Below are positions 1 to 10,109 of a DNA stretch of 64,000 nucleotides, piece by piece. This DNA is from an uncultured delta proteobacterium (GTDB taxonomy: Bacteria > Desulfobacterota > Binatia > UBA9968). The first letter of the stretch is position 1; the number at the start of each line of letters is the position of its first letter. Both the position numbers and the translations under genes were made by a program. The DNA lies in the NCBI GenBank assembly GCA_963771465.1, contig CAVYTU010000019.1, positions 160,001-224,000 of the forward strand, read 5' to 3'. The notes under the pieces are model-generated. The model did not search any database, was not told the origin of the DNA, and saw only the letters and a program-made list of their open reading frames with translations.

Positions 1-153
1 CAGAATCTAAACCACGCCTTGATCGCTTATAACGCCGGGCCCGCGGAGATTCACAATCGCATCGAAAATAATTTGGAATTGTCCGACGAATTCGCCACCG
101 TCGTCCTTGATGCGTACCAACGTTACCAGAAAGCTCGACAGCCAACCTTTTAA
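1..153 (+). CDS. Lytic transglycosylase (SLT domain), 3' end only
   Basis: Frame 1 reads QNLNHALIAYNAGPAEI...QPTF*; AYNAG is SLT motif III; TAA at 151-153. Confidence 0.75.
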   Translation, partial: QNLNHALIAYNAGPAEIHNRIENNLELSDEFATVVLDAYQRYQKARQPTF

Positions 154-347
154 TCCGTTTGCCACTTTTTAATTCGAGTGCCACGCACCGCCGGAAAGTC
201 GTCATTGCCGGTTGCGCAAACTATCAAGCCGTCACACCGGGCTGATCCTAGATCGCGATAAAACTCGCGCCTTGGCGCGCCCTCCAAGCAATAGCATTGC
301 GCCCTAATTTTGTGTTAAATCAAACGCCAAGCGCTCGGTAAAGATAT

Positions 348-821
348 ATGACTACGCCCAACGAAGTTCTCCTCACAGCCGCAACTTGGGACGAGATTTC
401 CCGCCATTCACAGGACGAATTTCCCGAAGAATGTTGCGGCGTTGTTTTGACCGACGGAATCACCGATCGTGCCCAACGCCTGAGGAATATCCAGAACGAA
501 CTCCACGCTAAAGATCCCAAGACCCATCCGCGCACGGCGGCCATCGCTTACAACATGGACGTTAGAGTTTTAGATTCGCTTTTGCTTGAAGCGGGAAAAC
601 TTGGCTACACGCTCAAGGCATTTTATCATTCTCACCCAAATCACGATGCCTACTTTTCGCAGGAGGACCGCGACGCGGCTACTCCGTTTGGCGAACCAAC
701 CTATCCTGAGGCGATTCAAATTGTCGTCTCGGTTTATGAGAGTGTAATAAAAAAAATTCTGGCTTTCGCTTGGTCCGACGAACAACGAGATTTCGTCGAA
801 GTGCTCATTAAAAGAGTTTGA
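348..821 (+). CDS. JAB/MPN (Mov34, Mec-like) metallopeptidase
   Basis: N-terminal EECCG and JAMM motif YHSHPNHDAYFSQED. Confidence 0.9.
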   Translation: MTTPNEVLLTAATWDEISRHSQDEFPEECCGVVLTDGITDRAQRLRNIQNELHAKDPKTHPRTAAIAYNMDVRVLDSLLLEAGKLGYTLKAFYHSHPNHDAYFSQEDRDAATPFGEPTYPEAIQIVVSVYESVIKKILAFAWSDEQRDFVEVLIKRV

Positions 822-825
822 CCGG

Positions 826-1701
826 ATGGCGGCGCCGCGCGACCACAACGTCGATGTTCAGGGCCTCTCGATCCATTATCTCGAATGGGGCGACCCCAAC
901 GGCGAGCCGCTCGTGCTCGTCCATGGTTTTCTCGATCTCGCTTATAGCTGGCAGCCGTTTGTTGATGAACTGTTGGCAAAAACGAAATCTCCACTGCGCA
1001 TCATCGCGCCGGATTGCCGCGGTCACGGCGACAGCGGCTGGATTGGCGCCGGCGGGTACTATCATTTCCCCGATTACATTCTCGATCTCGACTGCGTTTT
1101 GCGCGGCGCGGCAATCGGTCAGTTCAAATTGATCGGCCATTCCATGGGCGGGACAATCTCGTTCCAATACGCCGGCACGTTTCCCGATCGGGTAAAAAAA
1201 CTCGTGCTGATCGAAGGCGTTGGCCCCGTCGGCATGAGTTTCTCCGATGCGCCGCTCAGAATGAAAACGTGGATCGATGAGGTGCACGAACGCGGCCGCC
1301 GTCATTTTCGCGAATACTCCAGCGTCGAAGCCGGCGCTAGCCAATTGCGGCAGAGCAATCCGCGCGTCAACGCGCCGTTCGCGCTGGCGCTGGCGCGCGC
1401 CGGGATGAAACAGAACGAGCGCGGCAAATGGCTGTGGAAATTTGATCCGCTGCATCGCACCGCCGCGCCGCAACCCTTCTATATCGCACAAGCGCGGGAG
1501 TTCTTTCAACGCATTGAATGCCCCGTTTTGATCGTCGACGGCAAGGAGAGCCGGCAAACGCGGCGCACCGACAAGCAAGAACGCTACGATGCGCTGCGCC
1601 AGCACAGCTGCGTGGTCATCGATCATGCTGGCCATATGGTGCATCAGGACAATCCCGGCCGGTTGGCGGAAGTTGTCGCGCCATTTTTCGGGTTATTGTA
1701 A
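826..1701 (+). CDS. Alpha/beta fold hydrolase
   Basis: HGF oxyanion motif, GHSMGG nucleophile elbow, C-terminal AGH. Confidence 0.92.
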   Translation: MAAPRDHNVDVQGLSIHYLEWGDPNGEPLVLVHGFLDLAYSWQPFVDELLAKTKSPLRIIAPDCRGHGDSGWIGAGGYYHFPDYILDLDCVLRGAAIGQFKLIGHSMGGTISFQYAGTFPDRVKKLVLIEGVGPVGMSFSDAPLRMKTWIDEVHERGRRHFREYSSVEAGASQLRQSNPRVNAPFALALARAGMKQNERGKWLWKFDPLHRTAAPQPFYIAQAREFFQRIECPVLIVDGKESRQTRRTDKQERYDALRQHSCVVIDHAGHMVHQDNPGRLAEVVAPFFGLL

Positions 1702-1874
1702 AACGGTAATGACAACGCAATAAGCTGACACACGGTAATCGTAAATTAACACCATCGTGATCGGCTGGAGGCTTGACTATTGAACTCGATTTCTGTGATT
1801 ATGACATCGACGTTGGCGTCAATGGGGATCCGGAAAAACGATTGACGAAGGAAGCGTGATCAAAAGGACCGTTT

Positions 1875-2327
1875 GTGCGCAAAGGCAAATCACCACAAAA
1901 GCGCAGCGGCGCGCCGCAAGGACGGCCTCGTCGCCGAGAAGAGCCGAGCCATACCGCAGACCCAGGTAGCCCAGCTACAGCCGTCGCGACAACGGCCAAC
2001 ATCAGCTTAACTCTCAAACATTTTCAGCGGCGGCGGGAAAACTCGCTCGCTAGCGGTGAAGACAAACGTCTCTATTTGCGCGTTGGTGACGAGGTCAATC
2101 ACATACGCCATCAAGACTGGGGCATCGGCGTGGTCATGGAAGTGATGACGTCATCGATCCCCGGCGGCACCTGTCTGGTCCGCGTGCGCTTTCACGACGG
2201 CCAACTACGCTGTTTCAACAACGATCTCGATAACGAAGCCTGTTGCTACTATTTTGGTGTGCGCCGCTATTGGAATCCTACCCATGGCGTCGACGCGATC
2301 CGGGCGAAACTCTTCGGCAGAGGATAA
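1875..2327 (+). CDS. DUF3553-like small beta-barrel protein; start uncertain
   Basis: LRVGDEVNHIRHQDWGIGVV...VRFHDG...NDLDNEACCYY resembles deltaproteobacterial DUF3553 proteins; the N-terminus is basic and disordered. Confidence 0.6.
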   Translation: MRKGKSPQKRSGAPQGRPRRREEPSHTADPGSPATAVATTANISLTLKHFQRRRENSLASGEDKRLYLRVGDEVNHIRHQDWGIGVVMEVMTSSIPGGTCLVRVRFHDGQLRCFNNDLDNEACCYYFGVRRYWNPTHGVDAIRAKLFGRG

Positions 2328-2329
2328 AC

Positions 2330-2656
2330 ATGATCACACGAAAGCAAGTTATCGTAGCTGTAATGGCATTGTACTTTAGCGGCGTCTCGCCGGCTTTGCT
2401 CCGTGCTGAAGACGTAATCGAAAAAGCCGGCATCGCTACCGGCGTGAGCGCTGGCAATATCCTCTTTTTGCCGATCAAGGCGATATCCGTTTCAATGGGG
2501 GCGATCAGCGGCGCTCTTTCTTTTATTGTTACCGGAGGCAATGCCGATCTCACTCAGCAAATTTGGCGTGACACCCAGCAAGGCCCCTACATCATCACTC
2601 CCGAAGTCGCCCGCATGTCCGTCGGTCAGCGTCCGGAAATTGCCGACAAAAAGTAA
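2330..2656 (+). CDS. Hypothetical exported/membrane protein
   Basis: ATG 2 nt after the upstream stop; signal-peptide-like N-terminus and a Gly/Ala-rich hydrophobic segment. Confidence 0.7.
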   Translation: MITRKQVIVAVMALYFSGVSPALLRAEDVIEKAGIATGVSAGNILFLPIKAISVSMGAISGALSFIVTGGNADLTQQIWRDTQQGPYIITPEVARMSVGQRPEIADKK

Positions 2657-2730
2657 ACGCGGCATATAACCTCTCCCACTTGGGCGAGATCACATGCCGC
2701 GTTCCTGCGAATAATTCCAGACTTCTTGGC

Positions 2731-3453
2731 TTAGGCTAAGTTCGCCTTAAAGAAACTCGAAGTTCTCGCCCAGGCGTCCTTCGCCGCTTCGGGATTATAA
2801 CGGTCGGCGTTGGTATTGTTATTGAACGCATGCTTGGCGCCGTCAAAGACTTTGCAGTCGAAGCTCTTGCCCGCTTTGGCTAGCGCCGCTTTGAGCGGCT
2901 CGACACCAGGCATAATGTTGGCATCGTCCGCCGCATAGTTGCCCATCACTTTGCAGGGAATATTAGCGACGGAATCGAGTGGATCGGGGTTGCGACCGTA
3001 GTAAACCACCGCGGCGTTCAAGTCTTTGCACTTGGTCGCGAAGTTGAGCGACTGCCCACCGCCCCAGCAGTAGCCGACGACGCCGACTTTGCCGTTGACG
3101 TAGTTTTGCTTTTTCATGTAAGCGACGGCGGCAGTAAGATCTTCGACGGCCATCGTGCCATTTATTTTCTGAATTTCCTTGGTGGCCTCGTCACTGCCAT
3201 TCCACTTATCACTGCCCCCGATCCGGCTCATCAGATCGACACCGATGGCGGCAAAACCATCCTTGGCGAAGCGGCGGGTAACGTCTTTAATGTGCCCCAC
3301 CAAACCGCGATTTTCGTGAATTACGACGACTGTGCCCAAATTCTTACCGTCCTTGGGCCGCGAGACATACGCGTTCAACTCGCCGATCTTCACCATTTCC
3401 GACGTCAAGCCGGGATCGTTGGGATCAACAATATTTTCTATCGTCTGTGCCAT
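2731..3453 (-). CDS. Dienelactone hydrolase family protein
   Basis: HENRG, GYCWGG nucleophile motif, HAF. Confidence 0.92.
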   Translation of the reverse strand: MAQTIENIVDPNDPGLTSEMVKIGELNAYVSRPKDGKNLGTVVVIHENRGLVGHIKDVTRRFAKDGFAAIGVDLMSRIGGSDKWNGSDEATKEIQKINGTMAVEDLTAAVAYMKKQNYVNGKVGVVGYCWGGGQSLNFATKCKDLNAAVVYYGRNPDPLDSVANIPCKVMGNYAADDANIMPGVEPLKAALAKAGKSFDCKVFDGAKHAFNNNTNADRYNPEAAKDAWARTSSFFKANLA

Positions 3454-3560
3454 TGAGCAAACCCTCCTTCAAATAATTTTGCTATTTCACCTATAGCGAA
3501 AATCTAATTTCTCGTCCAGAGCAATTAACAGTAATAAGACCGGGGTTGGCTCGAACCGAA

Positions 3561-3594
3561 AACAACAACGGCGCCCGGAGGCGCCGCGGTTTTT
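3561..3594 (-). terminator. Probable intrinsic terminator after the FmdB-like gene
   Basis: Hairpin CGGCGCC-cgga-GGCGCCG (3569-3586), followed on the minus strand by TTGTTGTTTT. Confidence 0.5.
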
Positions 3595-3614
3595 GCTGCA
3601 AGGACTAGTGTCGG

Positions 3615-3989
3615 TCAGGCCGAAGTTGAACTCGATGTCGACGACGATTTGTCGCTGCTAGTACTGGAACTTTCGCTCTTCTTGGACTCGGTCTTTTTCG
3701 GCTCGCTCTTGGATTCCGATGAAGGAGAAGTCTTCGAACTACTGTCGCTCTTAGATTCCGACGAAGAAGACTTCGAACCGTTGTCGCTCTTCGACTCGCC
3801 GTTCGTTTGCCCCTTGCGGGCGTAATCGGTGATATACCAGCCGGTGCCTTTGAGCTGAAACGAAGTATTCGAGATTAATTTTTTGATTTTGCTCTTGCAG
3901 GTAGGGCATTTGGTCAACGCTTTTTGAGTGATCCGCTGGGTCACCTCGATGATGCCACACTTGCGGCATTGATATTCGTAAATCGGCAT
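3615..3989 (-). CDS. FmdB-family zinc-ribbon protein with Ser/Lys-rich tail
   Basis: [11 protein letters not shown]...CPTC...[13 protein letters not shown]. Confidence 0.92.
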   Translation of the reverse strand: MPIYEYQCRKCGIIEVTQRITQKALTKCPTCKSKIKKLISNTSFQLKGTGWYITDYARKGQTNGESKSDNGSKSSSSESKSDSSSKTSPSSESKSEPKKTESKKSESSSTSSDKSSSTSSSTSA

Positions 3990-4069
3990 TGAATTCCCTC
4001 AACTCAACTGGGCTGCCGGGTAAATTAACCACTCCCCCTGACGTTGTCAATTCACCCGGCGGCCAACGC

Positions 4070-4435
4070 TTAAGCGCGTTGCCGATCCCTGGGCCGATCG
4101 GTACCGTCGGGCAGAATATGCTGCCCGCCAAACGCTTCGGAGCGGTTACCGAACAACACCAGTGGTTCCGTGCCGGTATTGACGATCTGGTAATAGTCCT
4201 TGGCCGCCAGGCAAAGTACGTCGTCTTTCTTGATCGGCCGCTCTTCGCCTTTCAGACCTTTCACGACTCCGTCGCCGGAAAATACCAGAAAGGTTTCCGG
4301 GTTGGCGTGATAGTGCATATCAGTGCCGTCGCCAGGAACGAAATAGAGCAACCAGGAACGGAAGTTATCCGTGCCAAATAGATGGAGGTTGCGCTTCGCC
4401 TTGCCCATTTCGTCCTTTAAGTTGATGCATTCCAT
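4070..4435 (-). CDS. Cupin domain protein
   Basis: GTDMHYHANPETFLVFSG cupin motif 1; IVNTG; AGGAGG RBS. Confidence 0.85.
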   Translation of the reverse strand: MECINLKDEMGKAKRNLHLFGTDNFRSWLLYFVPGDGTDMHYHANPETFLVFSGDGVVKGLKGEERPIKKDDVLCLAAKDYYQIVNTGTEPLVLFGNRSEAFGGQHILPDGTDRPRDRQRA

Positions 4436-4577
4436 AGGGTTTCCTCCTGTGATTTAGTGTTACTCTATCTAGTCGTTGTGGCTTCGGCAAGCGCTCGACC
4501 GATCTGCCTTGACAGGTCGGTGGCCGTGCCATATTCAGGTGGAGCATAATTGCCCAAGAGATTCTGGAGAAATCCCA

Positions 4578-5321
4578 ATGTTGAAGATGCACGAAAGCCA
4601 AGCCACGGAATTCATCGCCGAGCTGGCAGCCAAATGCGCCAAGCGCTGGAAAGCGACCGTGGATAAAACCAAATTCATGGATGAACTCAAAGAAGGCAAG
4701 CTTAAGAAAGAAACCGTCCAATTATTCTATAAGAATTGGGGCTCCTTCGTGCCCGTGATCAACTCGGTTTACACCTCCGCCTTTTACAAACACCTGTGGT
4801 TTTTCGTCAAGAACGTCGATCTGATGGAAGTGTACACGCAAAAAGTCCTGGACGAGTTTGGTCATCCCTCGCCGCCAGGTCACATTCAAATCTTAATGAG
4901 CACCGGTGCCGCGCTCGGACTCACGAAAGAAGAAGTCCTGCTCTCACCTATGCTGCCGGAGTGTCGAGCCCTGCCGGATTTTCACCGAACGTTACTCAAC
5001 GACGGCCAGATTCAGGAATATTGGTTTTCGGTTTTATGGGAGCATCCGTTCGGCGAGTCGTGCTTGGATTTTTTCAATGCGCTGACCCAATACTACGGCC
5101 TCACCACGGCGCAGGCGAGTTATTTTTCCAAACATCATGAAGCCGACACCATGGATCATCTCGACCGCAAATCCCACGGCGCCGTGACTCAAACTGTTTT
5201 AGTTCGATTGCTCCAAGAAGGTATCAATGAACGGCCTGGCTATTCAGCCGAATACTGCGCCGTCATACCGGCGGATTTGAATAAGATGTTCATGGACGGC
5301 TGCTACGCGGCAACGCACTAG
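4578..5321 (+). CDS. HDO-fold (CADD/PqqC/TenA-like) iron-containing redox enzyme, subfamily B
   Basis: DEFGHPSPPGH, WEHP, HHEADTMDHLDRKSHG; ATG at 4578 after GGAGA. Confidence 0.8.
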   Translation: MLKMHESQATEFIAELAAKCAKRWKATVDKTKFMDELKEGKLKKETVQLFYKNWGSFVPVINSVYTSAFYKHLWFFVKNVDLMEVYTQKVLDEFGHPSPPGHIQILMSTGAALGLTKEEVLLSPMLPECRALPDFHRTLLNDGQIQEYWFSVLWEHPFGESCLDFFNALTQYYGLTTAQASYFSKHHEADTMDHLDRKSHGAVTQTVLVRLLQEGINERPGYSAEYCAVIPADLNKMFMDGCYAATH

Positions 5322-5351
5322 CCGCAAGCGCGACGCGCTTTCGGCATGCTA

Positions 5352-5435
5352 AATTTCCAATTACAAATTTCAAATCGAACTCCCACATCTGGAATATGGA
5401 ATTTGGAATCTGTAATTCCGAGCGAAGCGAGGATT
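5352..5435. repeat. Inverted 7-mer arrays plus a REP-like half site
   Basis: AATTACAAATTTCAAAT pairs with ATTTGGAATCTGTAATT; then TGTAATTCCGAGCGAAGCGAGGATT, similar to 23968-23994. Confidence 0.6.
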
Positions 5436-5436
5436 G

Positions 5437-6876
5437 ATGGCGTTCTCCGACTTAAGGTCTTTCATCGACGGCGCGGAGCGCATTGGTGAGCTCAAACAAA
5501 TTGACGGCGCCGATTGGAATCTCGAGATCGGCTGCTTGACCGAGCTCATGGCCGAGCAAGATGGCCCGCTGCTGCTCTTCGACAACATCACGGGGTATCC
5601 CAAAGGCTTTCGCATCGCTGCCAACGTGCTCGCCAGCGCACGCCGCTTCGCTCTCGCGCTGGGCTTACCCACTGATGCCCCGAAGCTGGAAATTCTTCGC
5701 GCCTGGCGCAATAAGACTCGCGATCTCAAGCCCTTCGCGCCGGAGGAAGTTTCCGCGGGACCGATCCTGGAAAACATTCTCGCAGACGAGAAAGTCGATC
5801 TAGGAATTTTTCCCACACCCAAGTGGCACGAGCATGATGGCGGCCGCTACATCGGCACCGGCGACATGGTTGTCATCAAAGACCCCGACAGCGGCTGGGT
5901 CAACGTCGGCACTTACCGCTCGTGTGTCGTCGGCAAAGACCGGGTCACACTTTGGATCATCGAGCAAAAACACGGCAAACAAATCGCCCGCAAATATTGG
6001 CAATCAGGCAAAGCGTGCCCGGTCGCCATCGTGCTTGGCTGCGAGCCGGCCACCTGGATGGCGGCGCCGTCAGCGGCCAAAGCCGGAGTGAGCGAATATG
6101 AATACGCCGGCGCGCTGCGCGGCGCGCCGCTGCAAGTGATCCGCGCGCCCTACACCGGCTTGCCCGTGCCGGCGACTTCAGAAATCGTTATCGAAGGCGA
6201 CATGCCGCCACCCGAACAAGAATCTCACGCCGAAGGCCCGTTCGGTGAATGGCCGGGCTACTACACGCACAGCGGCGAAGAATGCGTCGTGCGGGTGAAA
6301 AGAATCCTCCATCGCCACGAGCCGATCCTGCTCGGCAACCCGCCGCTCTTGCCGATCACCGAGCGCTACGGCATACCGCTCTACGCCGCGCGCATCTGGG
6401 ATCACCTGGAGCAGTCCGGCGTTTCCGACGTGCAGGGGGTGTGGTGCCATTGTCACACGCTGATGGTCGTGGTGTCGCTCAAGCAACGCTTCGCCGGGCA
6501 AGCGCTTCAAGCGCTTACCGCCGTCGCCGGCATGATGACCGGCGCGAGCATGTACCGCTACTATATCGCCGTCGACGACGACATCGATCCGGTGGATTTG
6601 AAACAAGTGATCTGGGCCATGTGCACCCGCGTCGACCCGGCCGAGTCGGTGCAGATTTTGAAATCCTGGACTTCCGACCTCGACCCGCGCCTGCCGCCGG
6701 AAAAACGCGAGCGCGGCGATTTCACCATGGGGCGCATGCTGGTCGACGCCTACAAACCGTTTCATTGGCGCGACAAGTTCGCCCTCGCCAACAAGTTCAG
6801 CGCCGACGAAGCGCGAAGAGATCTGGGAGAAGTGGGCGCCGAAGCTTGGGACTCAAGTGAAGGATCATGCAATTGA
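5437..6876 (+). CDS. UbiD-family (prFMN) decarboxylase; C-terminus probably frameshifted
   Basis: DGGRYIGT, NVGTYR, EGPFGEWPGYY, VDDDID, RVDP; an alternative frame near the end reads EEIWEKWAPKL. Confidence 0.92.
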   Translation: MAFSDLRSFIDGAERIGELKQIDGADWNLEIGCLTELMAEQDGPLLLFDNITGYPKGFRIAANVLASARRFALALGLPTDAPKLEILRAWRNKTRDLKPFAPEEVSAGPILENILADEKVDLGIFPTPKWHEHDGGRYIGTGDMVVIKDPDSGWVNVGTYRSCVVGKDRVTLWIIEQKHGKQIARKYWQSGKACPVAIVLGCEPATWMAAPSAAKAGVSEYEYAGALRGAPLQVIRAPYTGLPVPATSEIVIEGDMPPPEQESHAEGPFGEWPGYYTHSGEECVVRVKRILHRHEPILLGNPPLLPITERYGIPLYAARIWDHLEQSGVSDVQGVWCHCHTLMVVVSLKQRFAGQALQALTAVAGMMTGASMYRYYIAVDDDIDPVDLKQVIWAMCTRVDPAESVQILKSWTSDLDPRLPPEKRERGDFTMGRMLVDAYKPFHWRDKFALANKFSADEARRDLGEVGAEAWDSSEGSCN

Positions 6877-7493
6877 AGCCGCTCAATACAACTGAAGTCC
6901 ATAGCTCATCTCACGCCGCCCCGTCCTTCTCTTTTTTGCCCGTTATTTTTTCTAATACCATTCAACGCTGAGAGTCCCAATTGCGTCGATCTTCGCCTGG
7001 AGAGCGCTCCGCCTGATCGGCTAACCACCGCCCTGTTCGTCCATACGACCTCTTTCGATTTCGCGCGTCTTCAGCATAAGTGGCCGTTCTGGCATTAAGG
7101 TTGCTTAGTTTTGTAAGGCCCATTTGGAGAACGAGATCAAAATGAAAATTTAGTTGCGCGATACCGCCGGTTAAAGCGTTCGGCACGGCGAAGCGTTGGC
7201 GTAACAGAGCTCGGGAATTGTTCGAGGCCGAAAATTCCTGGGGTTTAGAAAGCCTGAGGCAAGGGTGACGTTAAAAGAGGCAATCGCTGACGCTAAAGGA
7301 GGCAGTTGAACGATGAGAGGAAGATCGCTCCTCTTGTGAGAACCTCGAAATCTTAGGTGGTGACAATGCGATCGTTGGCGTTATATATCGGATGGGTGTT
7401 CAGAGGCCTAATGCTGGCCATGTCGCGCCGCATGGTGACCGGATCGATTCAGTTGGGATAAGAGGTGCGGAGTAGAGACGCCGTGAGCTATCG

Positions 7494-9756
7494 ATGTTGT
7501 CTCGGATTTTAAAGCCGTTACTGCTTGGTCTACTGGTCGGAGCCACCGGGCTTATTCTGAGTTTTTTTCAATTTACTCACGAGCTCGAGGAAGACACGGG
7601 GCTGGGATTGCTGTTCAAGCTTCGCGGCCCTAGGCAAGCACCGGCCGAGGCCGTTGTCGTCAGTATCGACAAAGACTCCGCCGACCAGCTCAAGATACCC
7701 GAGAACCCCGACAAATGGCCCCGTTCGCTGCACGCCCGCCTCGTCGAAGTTTTGTCGAAAGCAGGCGCATCGGTAGTTACCTTCGACGTCCATTTTATGG
7801 AAGCCCGTTCTGAGAAGGACGACAAGTTATTCGCCAACGCATTGAGCCGGGTAGGCAACGTTGTGCTGAGCGATCCCATGACAGCAAGAGAGATCGCGGT
7901 TTCCCCGATTTCCGGGTCTTACGGCGCGGAGCACGGTATCGTCAGAATCGTAAAGCCGTTGCCATTCTTGCCGAGTCGGCCGTCGCCACGGCTCCTTTCG
8001 TTCTACCGAGACTTCCCTTCAAGGTGAACCAGTATTGGACCTTCCAATCTGAGGCGGCGTTATCGCCTCCCCCACTATTCCCGTGGTCGCATATCAACTT
8101 TTCGCCGTGCCCATCTATGATGATTTTATCCAGCTCCTAATAAAGTTACGTCCTCATGTCCGGGAAATTGCCCACAAGCCTCGATACGACGTGCAAGACC
8201 AAGAGCGTGGGGAAACTCATGCGCGACATCAAGGATATTTTTGAAAGTGACCCGGCGCTTGCCGGTCAAATGATCGACGAGTTGGAACGCTCAGATGTCC
8301 CACCGGTCGATCGCAAAGAGAGATTGATGCTCAACGACCTTGGTTAAATTGTACGGCGGTTCCAACCGCCGCTACGTGAACTATTACGGTCCGCCGCAAC
8401 CGTGACCACCATTCCCTATTATCAGCGCGTTGCAAATTGGCGAACCGACACAACCGATCAAGGCCGATCGATCTTAAGGGCAGAGCCGTCTTCGTCGGAC
8501 TCTCGGAAAGAATATTTGCCGAGCGGAAAGACAGCTTTTATACCGTATTCTCACAAGCCAACGGTGTATTTATCGGCGGCGTCGAAATCGCCGCCACCGC
8601 ATTTCTCAACATGCTCGAAGATAAACCCATTAAACCGATCGGCACGCTTGCTTATCTCTTCTTGATTCTACTCTGGGGCCTGCTTGTCGGCGTGATTTGT
8701 CGTGTCTCCTCGATTATCGTCGGGGCGGTGACTGTTGTCGGCTTGAGCGCGCTTTACCTACTTGGCGCGAGTATCGTTTCGCGGCGGATGGCGCCTGGTA
8801 TCCGATCGTCATCCCATTCTTCGCGCAAAGTCCATTAGCCTTTGCCGGTGCGGTTTTGTGGAACTACGTCGAGACCAACAAAGAGCGCCAGCAGATCAGA
8901 AAAGCGCTTGCCTACTATGTGCCCGACGAAGTCGTCGATCAGCTCGCAAAGAACATGGTCGATATCAAGAACAGCGGCCAGATGGTTTACGGCGCATGTT
9001 TATTCGCGGATGTGGCGGGCTACACCACATTGTCGGAAAAGTTGACCCCACAACAGTTGAGCGACCTGATGCACAAGTACTTCGAAGCCACTTTTGAGCC
9101 CGTCAAAAAACATGGCGGCATGGTCGTAAACTTAAAAGGCGATTCCTTCTTGGCGATCTGGAAGGCGGCGCGGGCGGACGATGGCCTGAGGCGGCAAGCC
9201 TGCCTCGCCGCACTCGACGTGGCCAAAGCAGTTCACCGCTTCAACGGCACCGTGGATAACCTGGATTTGCCCACCCGTGTCGGCGTGCATTCAGGGCAAA
9301 TTTTTATGGGCAATATTGGCGCCGGCGATCACTATGAATACGGCCCCACGGGCGACACCGTCAACACGGCATCGCGGATGGACGGATTGAATAAGTATCT
9401 GGGGACCGAGGTTCTGGCGTCTGAAGAGATCGTTGATCAAGTCGACGGCCTACTGACGCGCGAAGTCGGTAAATTCTATGCTAAAAGGGAAAGCCCAGCC
9501 CATCGTGGTCCATGAACTGTTGGCCGGCCTTGAAGAGGCTGACGGAAAACAAAAACAATCCCGCGAGATATTTGCCGACGCGCTCGGCGCATTCAGACGG
9601 CAAGCATGGGATGAAGCGAAAGAGAGATTTGATCGCGCCGTCGAAATCCGGGAGGCCGATGGACCGGCTCATTTTTATTTAAAGCTTTGTGATGAGTATA
9701 AATCGAATCCGCCCGGGGAATCCTGGGATGGCGTGATTACTCTCGACGAGAAGTAA
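7494..9756 (+). CDS. CHASE2-domain class III adenylate/guanylate cyclase, broken by several indels
   Basis: LFKLRG, VVVSID, WPRSLHA and FDVHF (CHASE2); TM segments; FADVAGYT, KGDS, RVGVHSG, GDTVNTASRMDGLNK (cyclase); KGK...WDGVITLDEK tail. Fragments 7494-8027, 8156-8347, 8437-8838, 8697-9515, 9478-9756. Confidence 0.88.
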
Positions 9757-9894
9757 ACTAGAGTGACCGTTTGTTATACACGATGTATCCAAAAGTTTAC
9801 GGTCAATTTTCATCTCACGGAGATTTAACCGAGTTAACCGAGCCACTTCCTGCAAACAGAGGAAGTTAGCTTTCTCGATTGGGATTCGCCGCGT

Positions 9895-9909
9895 TGGCAC
9901 GATATATGC
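9895..9909 (+). promoter_or_regulatory. Candidate sigma-54 promoter (-24/-12)
   Basis: TGGCACGATATATGC has GG-N10-GC spacing, about 200 bp upstream of the FecR-TPR receptor gene. Confidence 0.45.
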
Positions 9910-10109
9910 CCACATTGTCGTCGTAAAATGACTCGGGCCGTTCCGGCGACAAACCGACTCAATGGAATCTTGCTGACCCGGCGTCGATCGGTCGCACCAG
10001 ATATGCCGCCGTACGGCGGCAAAAAAGCGGCCTTGACAAGAGTTTTGAAAAATATCATAGGAAAGTCGCACAGTTTATTTTCTTCGACGTGAAATAAGGC
10101 AGGTGAGTC

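Noticed and set aside
348-821. JAB protein as part of an anti-phage system (CBASS Cap3-like)
   Set aside because: No CD-NTase, E1/E2 or effector genes are adjacent.
6880-7490. Integrase, tRNA or att site at the island edge
   Set aside because: No recognisable ORF or cloverleaf; only a short imperfect direct repeat near 7266-7304.
10004-10026. Perfect 18-bp palindrome as a terminator
   Set aside because: It is followed by an A run on the plus strand, so neither strand has a U tract after the stem; an operator role is unsupported.
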